Shown: positions 25,100 through 37,070 of the stretch, piece after piece | How positions within the stretch are numbered: position 1 is the first letter of the stretch | How the letters are laid out: the number at the start of each line of letters is the position of its first letter | Origin: Batkoa obscura | Lineage: Eukaryota | DNA: 37,070 nt | NCBI GenBank assembly: GCA_030770535.1 | Contig: JASVEC010000171.1 | Coordinates: 1-37,070, forward strand | Direction: 5' to 3' | The notes under the pieces: generated by a model | Told to the model about the DNA's origin: nothing | Database searches by the model: none | What the model saw: the letters and a program-made list of their open reading frames with translations, nothing else | Position numbers and translations under genes: made by a program

Positions 25100-25740
25100 T
25101 AAAAATTATTGTGATAAAAAGTGAAAAGTGAGAATTGAAAAGATTAATTATAGTTTATATAGAAATTGCAGTAGTAGGAGTAGCTTTACCACTTTAGGTG
25201 AACTCTTAGTCTCTTCAACTTTAATTATTCCGTAAACCTGGTAATTTTATTTTCATTCAAGAACTTTAGGTGTTTATAGCCAATAATAACTTAAATTTAA
25301 ATCCAACATCAACCAATGAATAGCCGAAAAAGATTACCACAACTAAATTTGAGTTCTGCTATTTTTAGATCTATAGTTGTGTTTACCACTTAATTTCATG
25401 TGTAATTAAATTTCTCACTTTTAAATTGTCATTAATTATATTGAAACTATGATTCTATAGCTTGTAAACAAATAAACATATTATGTACGATGTTGTAGTT
25501 AATAAAATAATATTATTATAAGTACGTTTTGTAAACTTTACCCCCATTATATGACCCTTAGTTTTTTTAAATCAAAAATCTATTAGAATAAGCGTAAGCC
25601 GCCTTATCTTTACCTTTTTTATCTTTTTTTATTTTTATCAAAATCAAAACAATTCATAATTAAGATACACCTTGATTTTAGATATAACTTTTATTAAAAC
25701 AAAACATAATATATAAAAAAATCAAGCTCAATCAATTTCA

Positions 25741-27668
25741 ATGATTAATACCCTCTTACTACTGCCATATATAATACCAGTATTATTAGCGCCCTATGTC
25801 CTTTACCTTAAATTAAAAAAATATGTAAGAAAAGGTTTTATTGAAAATAGAAGAGTTATATTGCAAAATACAAAACCAAATATTGAACAGTTACCCCCTT
25901 TTATTCTTGGTTACTTCCATCCTTTTTGGTAATTTATTTCTTTACTTCTTTATTTCTTTAATTATTAATTATTAATTATTAGTAATGATGGCGGTGGCGG
26001 TGAAAGAGTTCTTTGGGCTATGATAGAAGCATTACAAAATAAATATCCAAATTTAGTACATGTGATTTATACTGGAGATGATATTGAAAGAGAAGAATTG
26101 GTTGAAAAAGTTAAGGTAAATAATAACAATAAACATAATATACTATGTCCTTATATTAATGTTTAGACTAACTTTAATATAAAAATTAATGTTGATACTT
26201 TGTATTTAATTCATTTAACTAAAAGGAATTGGGTGGAGGCTAAAAAGTATTTATTTTAAAAACACAACAATCATATTTATTCCATTTTTAGCTACCCAAG
26301 GTTCACAATGTTGCTCCAAAGTTTAGCAAGCACAGTGTTAGGATGGGAAGCTATGTCTAAACTTATTCCAGACCTCTTTTTTGGTATTATAGAATATGTT
26401 TTTACGTTTTTTGCTTACATTATTTTAATTAGATACTATGGGGTATGCATTCACCTATCCGTTAGTTTCAAACTTAGTCGACTGTAAAATTGCAGCATAT
26501 GTACATTATCCAACTATCAGGTATTTGTCAATATAAATATAAATACAAATACAAATATAAATTAATTATTTAGTACGGATATGATAAGTTCAATTCAACA
26601 AAGAGATGACGATGTGGTCAATAATTCTTCAGCTATTTCAAATAGCAGCGTATTATCCAACTTAAAATTAATGTAAGTTTTTTAAGTGTACTATCATTAA
26701 TACTAAACTTGCTAGTTATTATAAATTTTTCGCATTTTTATACTCATGGTGTGGCTCTTTTTCTAACTTAACTATGGTATTTTTATTAGATGTAAGTAGA
26801 TAATATATAACACGTTTAATAGGTAAATTCATCTTGGACTAAAGGTCATATTGATAGTTTATGGGGAATTCAATCAAATATTTTATATCCACCATGTTCT
26901 ACTATAGAATTTAATCAATTAAGTTTAAAAGATAGAAATCCAAATATCATATCTATCGCACAATTTAGGTAAAGCGTTTATATCATTAAATTGTAATTAT
27001 TAATAGCTTTGATTACATTATAGGCCAGAAAAAAATCAAATATTACAAATATTGGCAATCAAAGATTTATATAATAAAAATAAAAAATATTTTGCTGATG
27101 GTTGGGGAAATAGAAAGAATAAGAAAGTTCAGTTGAATATAATTGGAAGTGTAAGGAATGAAGAAGACTTAGAAAGATATCAACAACTTGAAGATAAAAT
27201 TGATGAATTCGGTTTATCACATATCATTCAATTAAGAAAGAATTTACAATTTAGTGAATTAAAATCTTTATTGAGTGATTCAGTCATTGGCTTACACTCT
27301 ATGAAAATGGAACATTTCGGTATTAATGTTGTAGAGCTATTAGCTGCCGGTACTATTCCTATTGCGCATAATTCTGGTGGTCCAAAGATGGATATTATTA
27401 ACAACCAAAATAAGGAGGATTATGGTATTTCTTTTATTTCTTATGTCATTTATATGTTTACTTTTTTTTAATAGATTATTATGGATTTTTAGCTGATAGT
27501 GCTGAACAATATTCAAGTTATATTCAACAAGTATTAGAGTTATATGATGGCGACTATGGCCAGTTTTTAGAGAATCAAAAGTTAAATCAAAAAGCATCAA
27601 ACTATTTTTCAGCACAAAAAATTAGTACTAGTTTATATAATTATATAGATCCTTTTTTAAGTCATTAA
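25741..27668 (+). CDS. ALG11: Alpha-1,2-mannosyltransferase (GT4), multi-exon
   Basis: Motifs [73 protein letters not shown] and [34 protein letters not shown]. Stop TAA at 27666-27668. Confidence 0.96.
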
Positions 27669-27722
27669 GAGTTTAATAAATAAATTAGTTTTTATAGCTG
27701 TCTTCATACTTTATTTTTATTT

Positions 27723-28569
27723 TTAAGTATAGATATTTAGTTTTCCATAATCCTTAAAAAAAGATTTTACTAAGAATAATCCCAAGTTTGTAGGTTGGGA
27801 AAAAGCAATATAATTTAATGGCAATTGAGAAATACCATAGTAAACATCATTCCTTAAACAAGATAATAATGTTTTAGCAATTCCCAATTGACGGTAGCTA
27901 TCTAATGTCCAAATACGCTTAACTCCAATGATCATCTTTTCCTGTTTTTTAATATCACAAAGGAATTCAACATCAAAGTTTAATCTTTTATAAGCACTAA
28001 CATGTTCGCTTATTAATACTCCTATCACGTCATCACATTCATTTAAATATATTAAATACTAAATCTTTTTTCAACTACTTCAATTTATTTTTATATAAAT
28101 TACCTTATAATTTTTTATTTCATCATTTTCTAATTTTATCCCATCTATCTTTCTATTTATAAACTCATTAATTTCTATCAACTATTATTGTATTAGTTAT
28201 TATAAATGAAACAAATTTGGACCTACTTTCTTTAGTTCAAATCCTCGAGCCCTTGAGCCATGAAACAATATAACTTTACCCAAAGTTTTACTTAAAGGTC
28301 GAATAACAACTCTCTTTAGCAAACTACTATTTTTGTATGTTTTCTACTTAAAGATTAAACTTAATCAACTAAATCATTTCAAATACCTTAATTTTTACAC
28401 CTTCTTTTCTACTATTACAATATTTCTTGTGGAATACCAAATCCTTTTTTGTCTTGTTATAGACCATTCCACATTCTTGACATTTTTCAATATTTCCTTG
28501 TGTTCCTGGATGATAATATATTTCTTCTTTAAACTTCCTTATATTATCCTTCTCTGTAATTGCTTTCAT
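27723..28569 (-). CDS. ECO1: Cohesin acetyltransferase Eco1/ESCO, multi-exon
   Basis: N-terminal zinc finger CQECGMVY...DLVFHKKYC and C-terminal GNAT motifs IGVKRIWT...RQLGIAKTLL and IAFSQPT..G. Confidence 0.9.
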
Positions 28570-29582
28570 TTAGATAAAAAGAATTGTAATTATGATTATT
28601 TTAATTGAAAATATTTTTACAATCTCAGCAAATCATTATTAAATTGACTTTATAAAAATAGTAAATCAAATCACAAAGTAATTAACAAAGTAATAATATA
28701 AGGTTGTAAATTTTATAGCTAAATTTAAATGATCATATATTAATTGATTTATAATGACCTATTATATAGTTTTGCATATTTTTAAGTATATTGCGTTATT
28801 TAAATATGATTATAAATTAAATAGTTATTATAAGGATAGAACATAAAGCTATGTAAAAAATATATACATTTGAATAACACATTTATAATGCTTATAGCCT
28901 TTCCTTACTAACGACTTCATATTTATATTAAAATATTTTTTATTGCTAAATTTAACTCAGTTCTTTTATAGATTACCTATCTTTTATAATAAGTATTAAC
29001 AATATTATTTTTGATAAGTTTAAATATGGGAAAAGTTTAGTAAATCTAGATACAAAAGCCATTAAAAAGATTCAAATAGTTTGCTATTAGGATACTTTAT
29101 GCTTGGTTGTTTTAATGAGATAATGTTATAAATTAAGATTATATTGGAAGTAAAAAAATACCATTTTAAAGCTTTATAGAATAATATTATATTAAAATTA
29201 ATTTACTTTAATAACATTATCTAAAAATAACTTGGGATAATAAAAATAAAGAACTGAGCTAAATAGAAGTTTGATGTCATGAAATGTCACTTATTACAGA
29301 AATCGCTTTAAAGTTATACTTTAAAATCAACGGAGTTTAATTCTATACCTTTTTATTTATATCTTTAAATATACTATTATTTTTATATTATTATCACTTT
29401 TCTTAATTGTTTATTTTAAAAGCCCCCTTGTTTTCATAATTCCGTCCATATGATAGTTTGTAATCTGTTACATAATTCAAATTTACGGATAAAAATGATT
29501 TTGTTCTAATAGAGCTAGCTACCTTAACTTTATTTTAAAAAAACCCATAAAACTGACTTTTAATTTTTGATCAATAAAATTA

Positions 29583-29756
29583 ATATGGGGATGTATTTTT
29601 GTGTTTAAGAATTTTACTAACAATTTTTCCACTCAAATAGTGCTTAAAAGATGGGAAAAGTAAAGCCAAAAAAACACTTCTATATACAGAATGAAGCACT
29701 ATTTGAGTGGAAAAATTGTTAGTAAAATTCTTAAACACAAAAATACATCCCCATAT
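29583..29756. mobile_element. Full MITE plus inverted 5' half, forming a hairpin with perfect 63-bp arms
   Basis: 29583-29645 is the exact reverse complement of 29694-29756; the spacer is 48 bp. Confidence 0.92.
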
Positions 29757-30387
29757 GTTTATTAACGTGCGAATATAAAGCTTTGCTCAAAGTATTTTCT
29801 GATTCAATTCTTTTTTTTTTGATTCTGAAATAGGAACTCAGATTCAATAATTTTTTCATTTAAATAAAAGTAAGCTACAATAAAAGGCACAACAGACTTT
29901 ATTAAAATTATGCTATGTTAAATAAAACGTGGATGTCTCTTATTAATACCATATTTGGAAACAAATCTACCTCATAAACGGCCATTAAAAATGACTAAAA
30001 AGATGTATATTTGTTTTAAAAAAATGCCAAAAATGTAAACTATTTTGCTATAATATAATATAACCCTTAAATTATATATATGTGATATGTTTTTATTTTT
30101 ATAGTTAAAAAGATGTGTAAAGATAATTATATTTAAAAATGTATTTAAAATTTTAAAATCCAACTACTAATAAAGCATAACCATAACATGATGTTCAGTC
30201 TAGTTACTTTAACTTTTGAGGGTATCATATGCGATAAAACAGTTTAGATAAGTTATATGAGGGTTGGTTCTGTAGATACTGAGTTAGGAGTCAAAATGAG
30301 ATAAAAGAGAATGAAAAAGGGAGGGATATAAGACGTTATAACTTTGTTACCCAATTCAAATAAATAAATAACCCGCGTTAGACTTTA

Positions 30388-31249
30388 TCACCATTCAAGA
30401 TAATCTAGATATTCTGTCAGTCTTTGGATTAATATATCCATCTTGTCCAATAAGGGTGGAAGTACATCTGGAGTGAAATGAAAGAACCCATTATCTCCCT
30501 CTTGAGAAGAAGATGAGTCCGATGCTAAAGAGCACCCATCCGGAGTTACTGGACTTGGGGGTCTAGTCCTTGATAATAAAGTTTTAAAAACTTCATTTTG
30601 TTCAAGTATCTTATGCCTTTGCTTCTTTTTTAACTCCATTGCAGATGATGCGTCACCACTATCGGGAGCCAGTCCCTTTTCTTTTTCTTCATGTAGGTGT
30701 TGAACTAACGCATCTGCTTCTTGTAAATCTTGGCTATATGCTTGCCCTACCTCATCAAAAGCCTTCTCAGGCTCAGTCTTCATTTTGAGATGCACACGAC
30801 GAAGTAAATCTCGAAGCACTATAGTTTGGATAAATAAATATTATTAGTAAAAAAATGTGTCGGATTACCTATTTTCTTTTCAGAAAGATTTCTAAAATTA
30901 CTAGAATCTTTATTTGCAAGATCAGATGAGCTACGTACACTGGTCGGGATTTTTAGGCTAGCTCTTGGCTCAAGTTCAAAATCTCCGTCCCAATTTTCAC
31001 TACATCTTCCTAAAAATTAATTAATTTAAAATAAGCAGTAATTACATTAAACTTACTGGATCTTGGTGTTAATGAGCTTGGATAAGTATTAACTTTTCTA
31101 GTTCCCGTATTAAACTTCTTCATATCCCCGTATTTTGAATTATTAGCCGATGGTATATTACTGTTATTGTTTTCTTGGGTATCCATTTTAAGTAATCCTT
31201 CTTCAGGAATGGAGGATATGAAAGTAGGATTGCTTGATACTATACTCAT
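30388..31249 (-). CDS. Hypothetical protein, 3 exons (31249-31057, 31009-~30869, ~30818-30388)
   Basis: GT-AG introns join the two listed ORFs in frame through RCSENWDGDFELEPRASLKIPTSVRSSSDLANKDSSNFRNLSEKKI. Function not recognised. Confidence 0.78.
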
Positions 31250-33820
31250 ATATGTAGTATAGTTATGAACTTTTTGTTGATTTTGTATAGATAAGGTTAG
31301 ATTCGTAGCGGGATATTAAGCTGGGGTAATTCAGTCCAATGTAGTTTGTATATTTATATACTTAGGTTGATAGAAAACAAGGATAAGGTTGTTGATATAT
31401 GGTGTTCTTAATATATACTACAGACAATAGTTAATTAAAAGGCTTTACGTGGTTTAATAAAGATTAAGTTTAAGGGAATAAAAATATGAATTCGCAAAAA
31501 GAAAGGAGACAGAATAGTATATATAAAATTGGATTATGTATAATGTATGGCAAATGTATTTAAAAATAGGTATATAAAATTTGAAACACTGTACACATAA
31601 AATCAGTCTTTCTTAGAATGAAAGAGAGAAATTGAAAGAAGTTAGGTTTATACAGACCAAAATTGGAAAAATAAAAAAGGGGTGGAAATGTAGGGTACAA
31701 AATATTGCAATTTTGATTGAGTATTGTTATAAAATTCGAGTTTAATTCTTTAAGTTAGGTTAATTTAATGGTTGAAATCTTGAAATCATTATTCATTTTT
31801 TTTTTTATTCCTGATTGATTGGAATCAAAATAGAATGCTTTAATTGGCTGCTTTTGAATTTTAATAATTTTTCTACCAAGATTAAATAAGATAGAAGTAT
31901 AAATTAGACAATATATTGCTACTTAAATCATTTTATTTATTATAACCTAAAAAACAATCAGTATAAAGGAATTTTACTACTTATTAGAACGGTATATTTA
32001 ACTAATTAGAAAGAATCTCTACTATACTTTTAAAGTCATAAAATTATTAAATTTTTATTGATTTCTATGACCACAATCTAGTCATTTGATTGACTTTGTT
32101 GTATCACTACTATTTAAAAATAATATTCAATTAAATTAATACATCATTTAAAATAGTATTTAGATAATAATTTGGAATATTTTAAACATGAATTTAAACC
32201 ATATATTCTTTAATTTGATACACATTATACCTTGATCTTTTTGATCTACTTAATCATTTAAAATACTTCATCATTAAGCTAAGCTTATTCTTATTCTATC
32301 TTTTCTTCTTATTCAATATTTTAATATAAGATACCTAACTTATAGCTATTACATTTAATGAGCACTGCATTCTTAAAATCAACTTGGATTTAATATTCAT
32401 TGTCAAAATTGATGACGAATATTGTTAACAATTACTTTAATAAAGTCCATACTATATAATAAAACTAAAAACCATAGCTGGTAAGATTTCAACAAGAACA
32501 AAGATATAAAAATTAAACAAACATCTTTAATTATATAAGCTTACTACAAAGTCATATACGTTTTCTACTAAATTCGTTCTTTATTTCAACTTTGTTTTTC
32601 TTACAATAAAAGGTTATTTGAATTTGAAATATACAATGGGAGCATAACTTATTAAACCTGAAAATTCTTGAATGAATTATATTTTAATACCGTTTAACTA
32701 AATTGGGTAATATGAGATATTCCCATAAAAACAGAAAATGTAAAAGTATAATGTCAAAAAAATATAAAGAAGCAGAAATCTAACCTGGAAGGATTTGATA
32801 TTAGAGGAAGATCATGAAGAAAAAATATTACTAATACTAAAAGGGTGTAGCGTAAAATTTAATTACACTTGTCAAGTGACTTTGATAAGGAAAAGCATAT
32901 TAATTATAAGTTTGAATATCAAATGGATTCATTCTCTGGTTGAAAAAAGATGTGACTTTAAGCTTTTTTACCTTTGAAAACCACAACATGTTATTATCCC
33001 TTTATTATTTATTTTTAGAAATGACGTAAGTTAGACACTGATAAGGTCAGCAAAAACCTGTTCAATATATTTCGCTAGAAAATAGGTTGTATAGAAGGTT
33101 ATAAAAAATTTAATGTATACTATACTAAAGCATATGCTCATATATTATTGCCAAAAAGGGCTAAGATATATTTGTACTACATTAAAGTAAAACTATGTAT
33201 GATTTTCGATGAAAATGCCATTGGCATTAATAACATTAAAAGAAAAACGTGATAGATGGAGCTTCAATAAAATTTATTTATTTATAAATGTCACATTTAA
33301 TAATGAACCTGTTAGATATGAGGGATAAATAAGAAAGGATAAGTTATTTAGGCACTTTAAGCTTTAATATTTTATACATTAACCTTAATTTTTCATAAAT
33401 CGAATACTGGATCATATTTTACATAGTTTAAATATATCTTCAAGGTCAACCTTAATTTTACTTTATATTGTAAAATAGTTGATATTATCTTTAAGTGATA
33501 TAGCTTGAAACTATTTATTGTATAAAATTATTGATTATATTTAACATAATAACAGCAAATTTGTTAAAACATGTTAAAATTTTCAATAAACTCTTGATTA
33601 TACTATTTGTACTATTTTACTATTTATACTATTTGAATGAGATTTTATTGTTATTAAACCATTTATGTAAAAATACAAAGCTATAGCTTGGTCAAGAGAA
33701 CTTTAGACTATAGATACAAAATTTACATAGTTTTATTCTATCCCTAGTACTATTACCTGAATCCAAATCTCAGAACTTGTTAACTATATTTTAACAAATT
33801 TCAAGGCTTCAAGTCTTGAA

Positions 33821-33915
33821 TTGGAGATATTTCTTTTAATTTTATCACTTTTTCGATTTCTTAAATACTATTGAGTAGAAAAAATCCTGATAAATTTCTT
33901 AAAAAAACACCCTTA
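33821..33915 (-). mobile_element. Highly degenerate MITE copy
   Basis: TTGGAGATAT...ATCACTTTTTC...CTATTGAGTAGAAAAAAT...TTTCTTAAAAAAACACCC resembles the reverse-strand copies at 36077-36284. Confidence 0.55.
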
Positions 33916-34101
33916 ATTAATAAAAATGAAAATTTATCAGTAGACGATATACAAGAATTAGTATACTCATTTCTTTACTTTTTTACTATATACTTCTTTT
34001 AAACTCTAGCTATAAATTGCCTTTTTGATTTGTTATCAAAACTTTGTCAAGTATATTTAACAATAAGATATTCAGCTGTTGGGAATTTTTTTAAGAATAC
34101 A

Positions 34102-34196
34102 TATGGGGATGTATTTTTTTGCTCAAGAAGTTTACTAATAGTCTTCTCAAATAGGGCTTAAAAAAATGAAAAAATGAAATCAAAAAACATTCTTAT
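34102..34196 (+). mobile_element. MITE copy (diverged, internal deletion)
   Basis: TATGGGGATGTATTTTTTTG...CTCAAATAGGGCTTAAAAAAATG...AAAACATTCTTATA. Confidence 0.8.
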
Positions 34197-35366
34197 ATTT
34201 TGTTCAAAGGCACTTTTTAAAGATTTTAGAAGCTTCAAAATAAGTACTTATATAATAAATAATATAAATTGTATTATTACTTTCGTATTATATTTATAGT
34301 TGATAGATGGCTTTAGTATATTTGAGATTTAACTGTTGAGAACGGAACAGTCGTGTTATTTCAATAACCAAAATTCATTATTTAATATATTGGGTATATT
34401 TGTAAAAACATAAAGTCTAGTTTGCATAATCATCATATAGAATGGCTAACTGTATGATTAACTTGCATAAAATAAATCCAATCATTTAAGTTAAATTTGT
34501 TAATTACAAATATTAGTTATGATCGGAACCTCAAAACATTATTTTTGCATTTGAAATGAATTAAATTTGGGACCTGCATATTTTGAAAAATCAATTTATT
34601 TAATGTGAGAACTTTGCTAGTATTTATTTTATAATCTATCTTATTTTATAGATTTTTTTTACAATTTTGCGCAAGTTTATCCCAATAAAACTATAGGTTG
34701 CAATAATAAGAAGCTTTTATTGGAAAAGCATGCTTATTTTAAACTAAGAGATAATCTTACATTTGTAATTAATAATAGGTAGGAATGGTCTGCTGAATCG
34801 ATTTCACTTTTTTATCTAATTTTTAAAACTTAAATTATGAACAAAACAACCAATAAAACAATACTAAAATAAAACTCAATTTTTCAAGCATTTTATATTA
34901 AATTTTTGCTTAAAATTATAAAACAAACTCTTTATTAGAAAGCAAAGGTATCTGACAGTTTTAATTATTTTATAATTTATGTTACAAGTTAGTGGAATTT
35001 GTATTGAATTTAACACAAATTCACGGATTAGCAAGGCTTTTACTAATATAATCTATATATTGATATTAATCAAAGTTGTATGCAAATAGATACATCTTTC
35101 TACAAAACTTTATTAAAAATATATATTATTAACTCCTTCATAGTCAACATTGAAGATTTAGTATCAAATAAACAGATTGTTTTAATGTTATAATTGTATT
35201 ATCAATATATCATTAAGTTGATAGATAGCTGTATAGGAGGAAATGTTGGCTTTAAAACTATAGTTGATTATATATATAATATAAATAATATAATAGTCTT
35301 TATTTATTAACTTAGCTGTTAATAACTTAAACAATATTAAGATTTAATAATTAATTTTTATCACTT

Positions 35367-35414
35367 AATAAAATACTCAATAAAATACTCAATAAAATAC
35401 TCAATAAAATACTC
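35367..35414 (+). repeat. 12-bp tandem repeat (AATAAAATACTC) x4
   Basis: Four exact units visible. Confidence 0.95.
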
Positions 35415-35535
35415 ACTTACTTAGTAAGTATTGAAACTTTTAGATCTTGTAATGTTTTTATGAAATAAACTGAGGTTGATTTTTTAATTTACTAAATATT
35501 ATATAACATAATTTATTGCTATATTTAATAAAATA

Positions 35536-35640
35536 TATAGGAGTGTATTTTTTCGTTTAAGAATTTTGCTAATAATCTTTCCACTTAAATAGCGCTTAAA
35601 AAGTGGAAAAGTAATGAAGCCAAAAAAAAACACTCCCATA
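35536..35640 (+). mobile_element. MITE copy
   Basis: TATAGGAGTGT...AAATAGCGCTTAAAAAGTGGAAAAGTAATGAAGCC...ACACTCCCATA. Confidence 0.85.
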
Positions 35641-35834
35641 TGTATATTTTCTATATTATTTGACAAAAAAAATCAAAATCAACTTTTAAAGTATTACTTA
35701 TTTCATAAACTTATATATAATATAAAAACTTTCCAAATTTAGAATAATTCCCTATATCTGCTTATATATTAATTTTTATAAACTTTTTAAATAAAAGCTT
35801 TTTAAATATTAAAGTAATTGCATAACTTTATATA

Positions 35835-36011
35835 TGTAAGGATATATTTTGTGTTTGAGGATTTGATTTTACTAACAATCTTTCCGCTTAAATAATGTTT
35901 AAAAAATAAAAAAATAATGAAATCAAGAAATACCCCTCCTATATGTGAAATCATAATTTGAGTGGAAAGACTGTTAGTAAAAATTGCTAAACACAAAAAT
36001 ACATCCCCATT
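35835..36011. mobile_element. Diverged MITE plus inverted 5' half (same layout as 29583-29756)
   Basis: Full unit at ~35835-35943, then ATTTGAGTGGAAAGACTGTTAGTAAAAATTGCTAAACACAAAAATACATCCCCAT at ~35957-36010. Confidence 0.8.
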
Positions 36012-36076
36012 TAAATAACTAGTTTTATTTTCAAGCTAGATAAAAAAATTTGATTAAAATTTTGAATTTAATTACA

Positions 36077-36284
36077 TATGGGGATGTTTTTTTTGGTTTC
36101 ATTACTTTTCCACTTTTTAAGCCCTGTTTGAGCGGAAAGATTGTTAGTAAAGTTCTTAAACAAAAAAATACATCCCCATATGGAGATGTTTTTTTGACTT
36201 CATTACTTTCTCCACCTTTTAAGCCACTATTTGAGTAGAAAAATCGTTAGTGAAAATTCTTAAACATAAAAACACATCCTCATA
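36077..36284 (-). mobile_element. Two head-to-tail MITE copies sharing one TA
   Basis: TATGGGGATG...ACATCCCCA-TA-TGGAGATG...ACATCCTCATA, with the junction TA at 36179-36180. Confidence 0.9.
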
Positions 36285-36376
36285 TTAAAAACTTATAAAG
36301 TTGAAAACTTGAACCCAAAAATTAGATTGGTTTCTAATTAAATTTAAATATTATTTACTTTAATTATTATAAAAGA

Positions 36377-36533
36377 GTGTTTAGGAATTCTACTAACAAT
36401 CTTTCCACTCAAATTATGATTTAACATATAGGAGGGGTATTTCTTGATTTCATTATTTTTTCATTTTTTAAACATTATTTAAGCGGAAAGATTGTTAGTA
36501 AAATCAAATCCTCAAACACAAAAATACGCCCTC
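36377..36533 (-). mobile_element. Inverted duplicate of the composite at ~35846-35994
   Basis: Shares private variants (GAGGATTTGATTTT, AATAATGTTT, GAAATACCCCTCCTATATGT, AAATCATAATTTGAG) with the 35835 composite, in reverse complement. Confidence 0.88.
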
Positions 36534-37070
36534 GTTTATTTACATAAAGGTAATACTTTTAGATAATAAATGCATTAGAAATAAAGGACAAATTAAGTGA
36601 TGACAAGTTGTAGATATTAATTTTAGTATTCATATAATAAAGCTCGTTTTCACAAATCAAATACCATTGGAGACCATTAAAACATTCAAGGTTAATAAAA
36701 TGTTAAGTTAGTCTTTGCATTGTTTAATACTACGTTACACAGTAGTTTCTATTTTCTCAAGCGCTATATTTTGAAACTACTGTATAAGAATAATATTATT
36801 CATTACATACAGTTTCAAAATATTATGTATTAGTTCTTGAAATATATACATTTTAATATCCAATAAATTCCTGATAATACTATTTGATTAATTAATTTAA
36901 AATTTTGCCACACTATAGCATTTTTCTAAAAATACAAAACTAAAGAATCTTATCAAGCATAATTAGCCATAAGTCGCTTGATAGGAGCATCAGCTATATA
37001 TAAAAAACTTTAATTACCTTAATACCCCTTAAATACTTCTTCTACTTCAGCTCCAATACTTGATAATTTT

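Noticed and set aside
10619..28569. Functional cluster of genome-maintenance genes (RFC1, MCMDC2, ECO1)
   Set aside because: Interspersed with unrelated genes; no evidence of clustering beyond chance without synteny data.
32795..33410. Possible Mutator/FAR1-like relic (KGCSVKF...WIHSL; LQGQP*FYFIL)
   Set aside because: Motif matches are too weak and fragmented to support without a profile search.
35802..36238. 64-aa and 62-aa ORFs
   Set aside because: Chance frames through MITE sequence.

Overview
Very AT-rich, intron-dense eukaryotic DNA with fungal-type genes (histidine biosynthesis, ECM33-like and Cys-rich GPI proteins); an early-diverging fungus is my inference, not something the sequence proves. 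The dominant structure is a ~15.2-kb palindrome. Two ~4.0-4.1-kb near-identical inverted arms (2317-6340 and 13394-17490) each consist almost exactly of one complete, ~24-intron MCMDC2-like gene (divergent meiotic MCM). Both copies point inward, around a 7-kb spacer carrying HIS5, eIF3L and an RFC1 that lacks its N-terminal BRCT region. The left copy has lost its first ATG (AGG at 2394-2396). To the right lie an intronless hypothetical gene, a CREG-like split-barrel gene, a probable Tc1 transposase relic, an ECM33-like gene, a triply frameshifted Cys-rich GPI pseudogene, ALG11, ECO1 and a two-intron hypothetical gene. A ~100-bp TA-flanked MITE family (termini TGGGGATG...CATCCCCA) occurs about 15 times, including fold-back, tandem and nested inverted arrangements. 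All family calls come from manual translation and remembered motifs; no searches were run.
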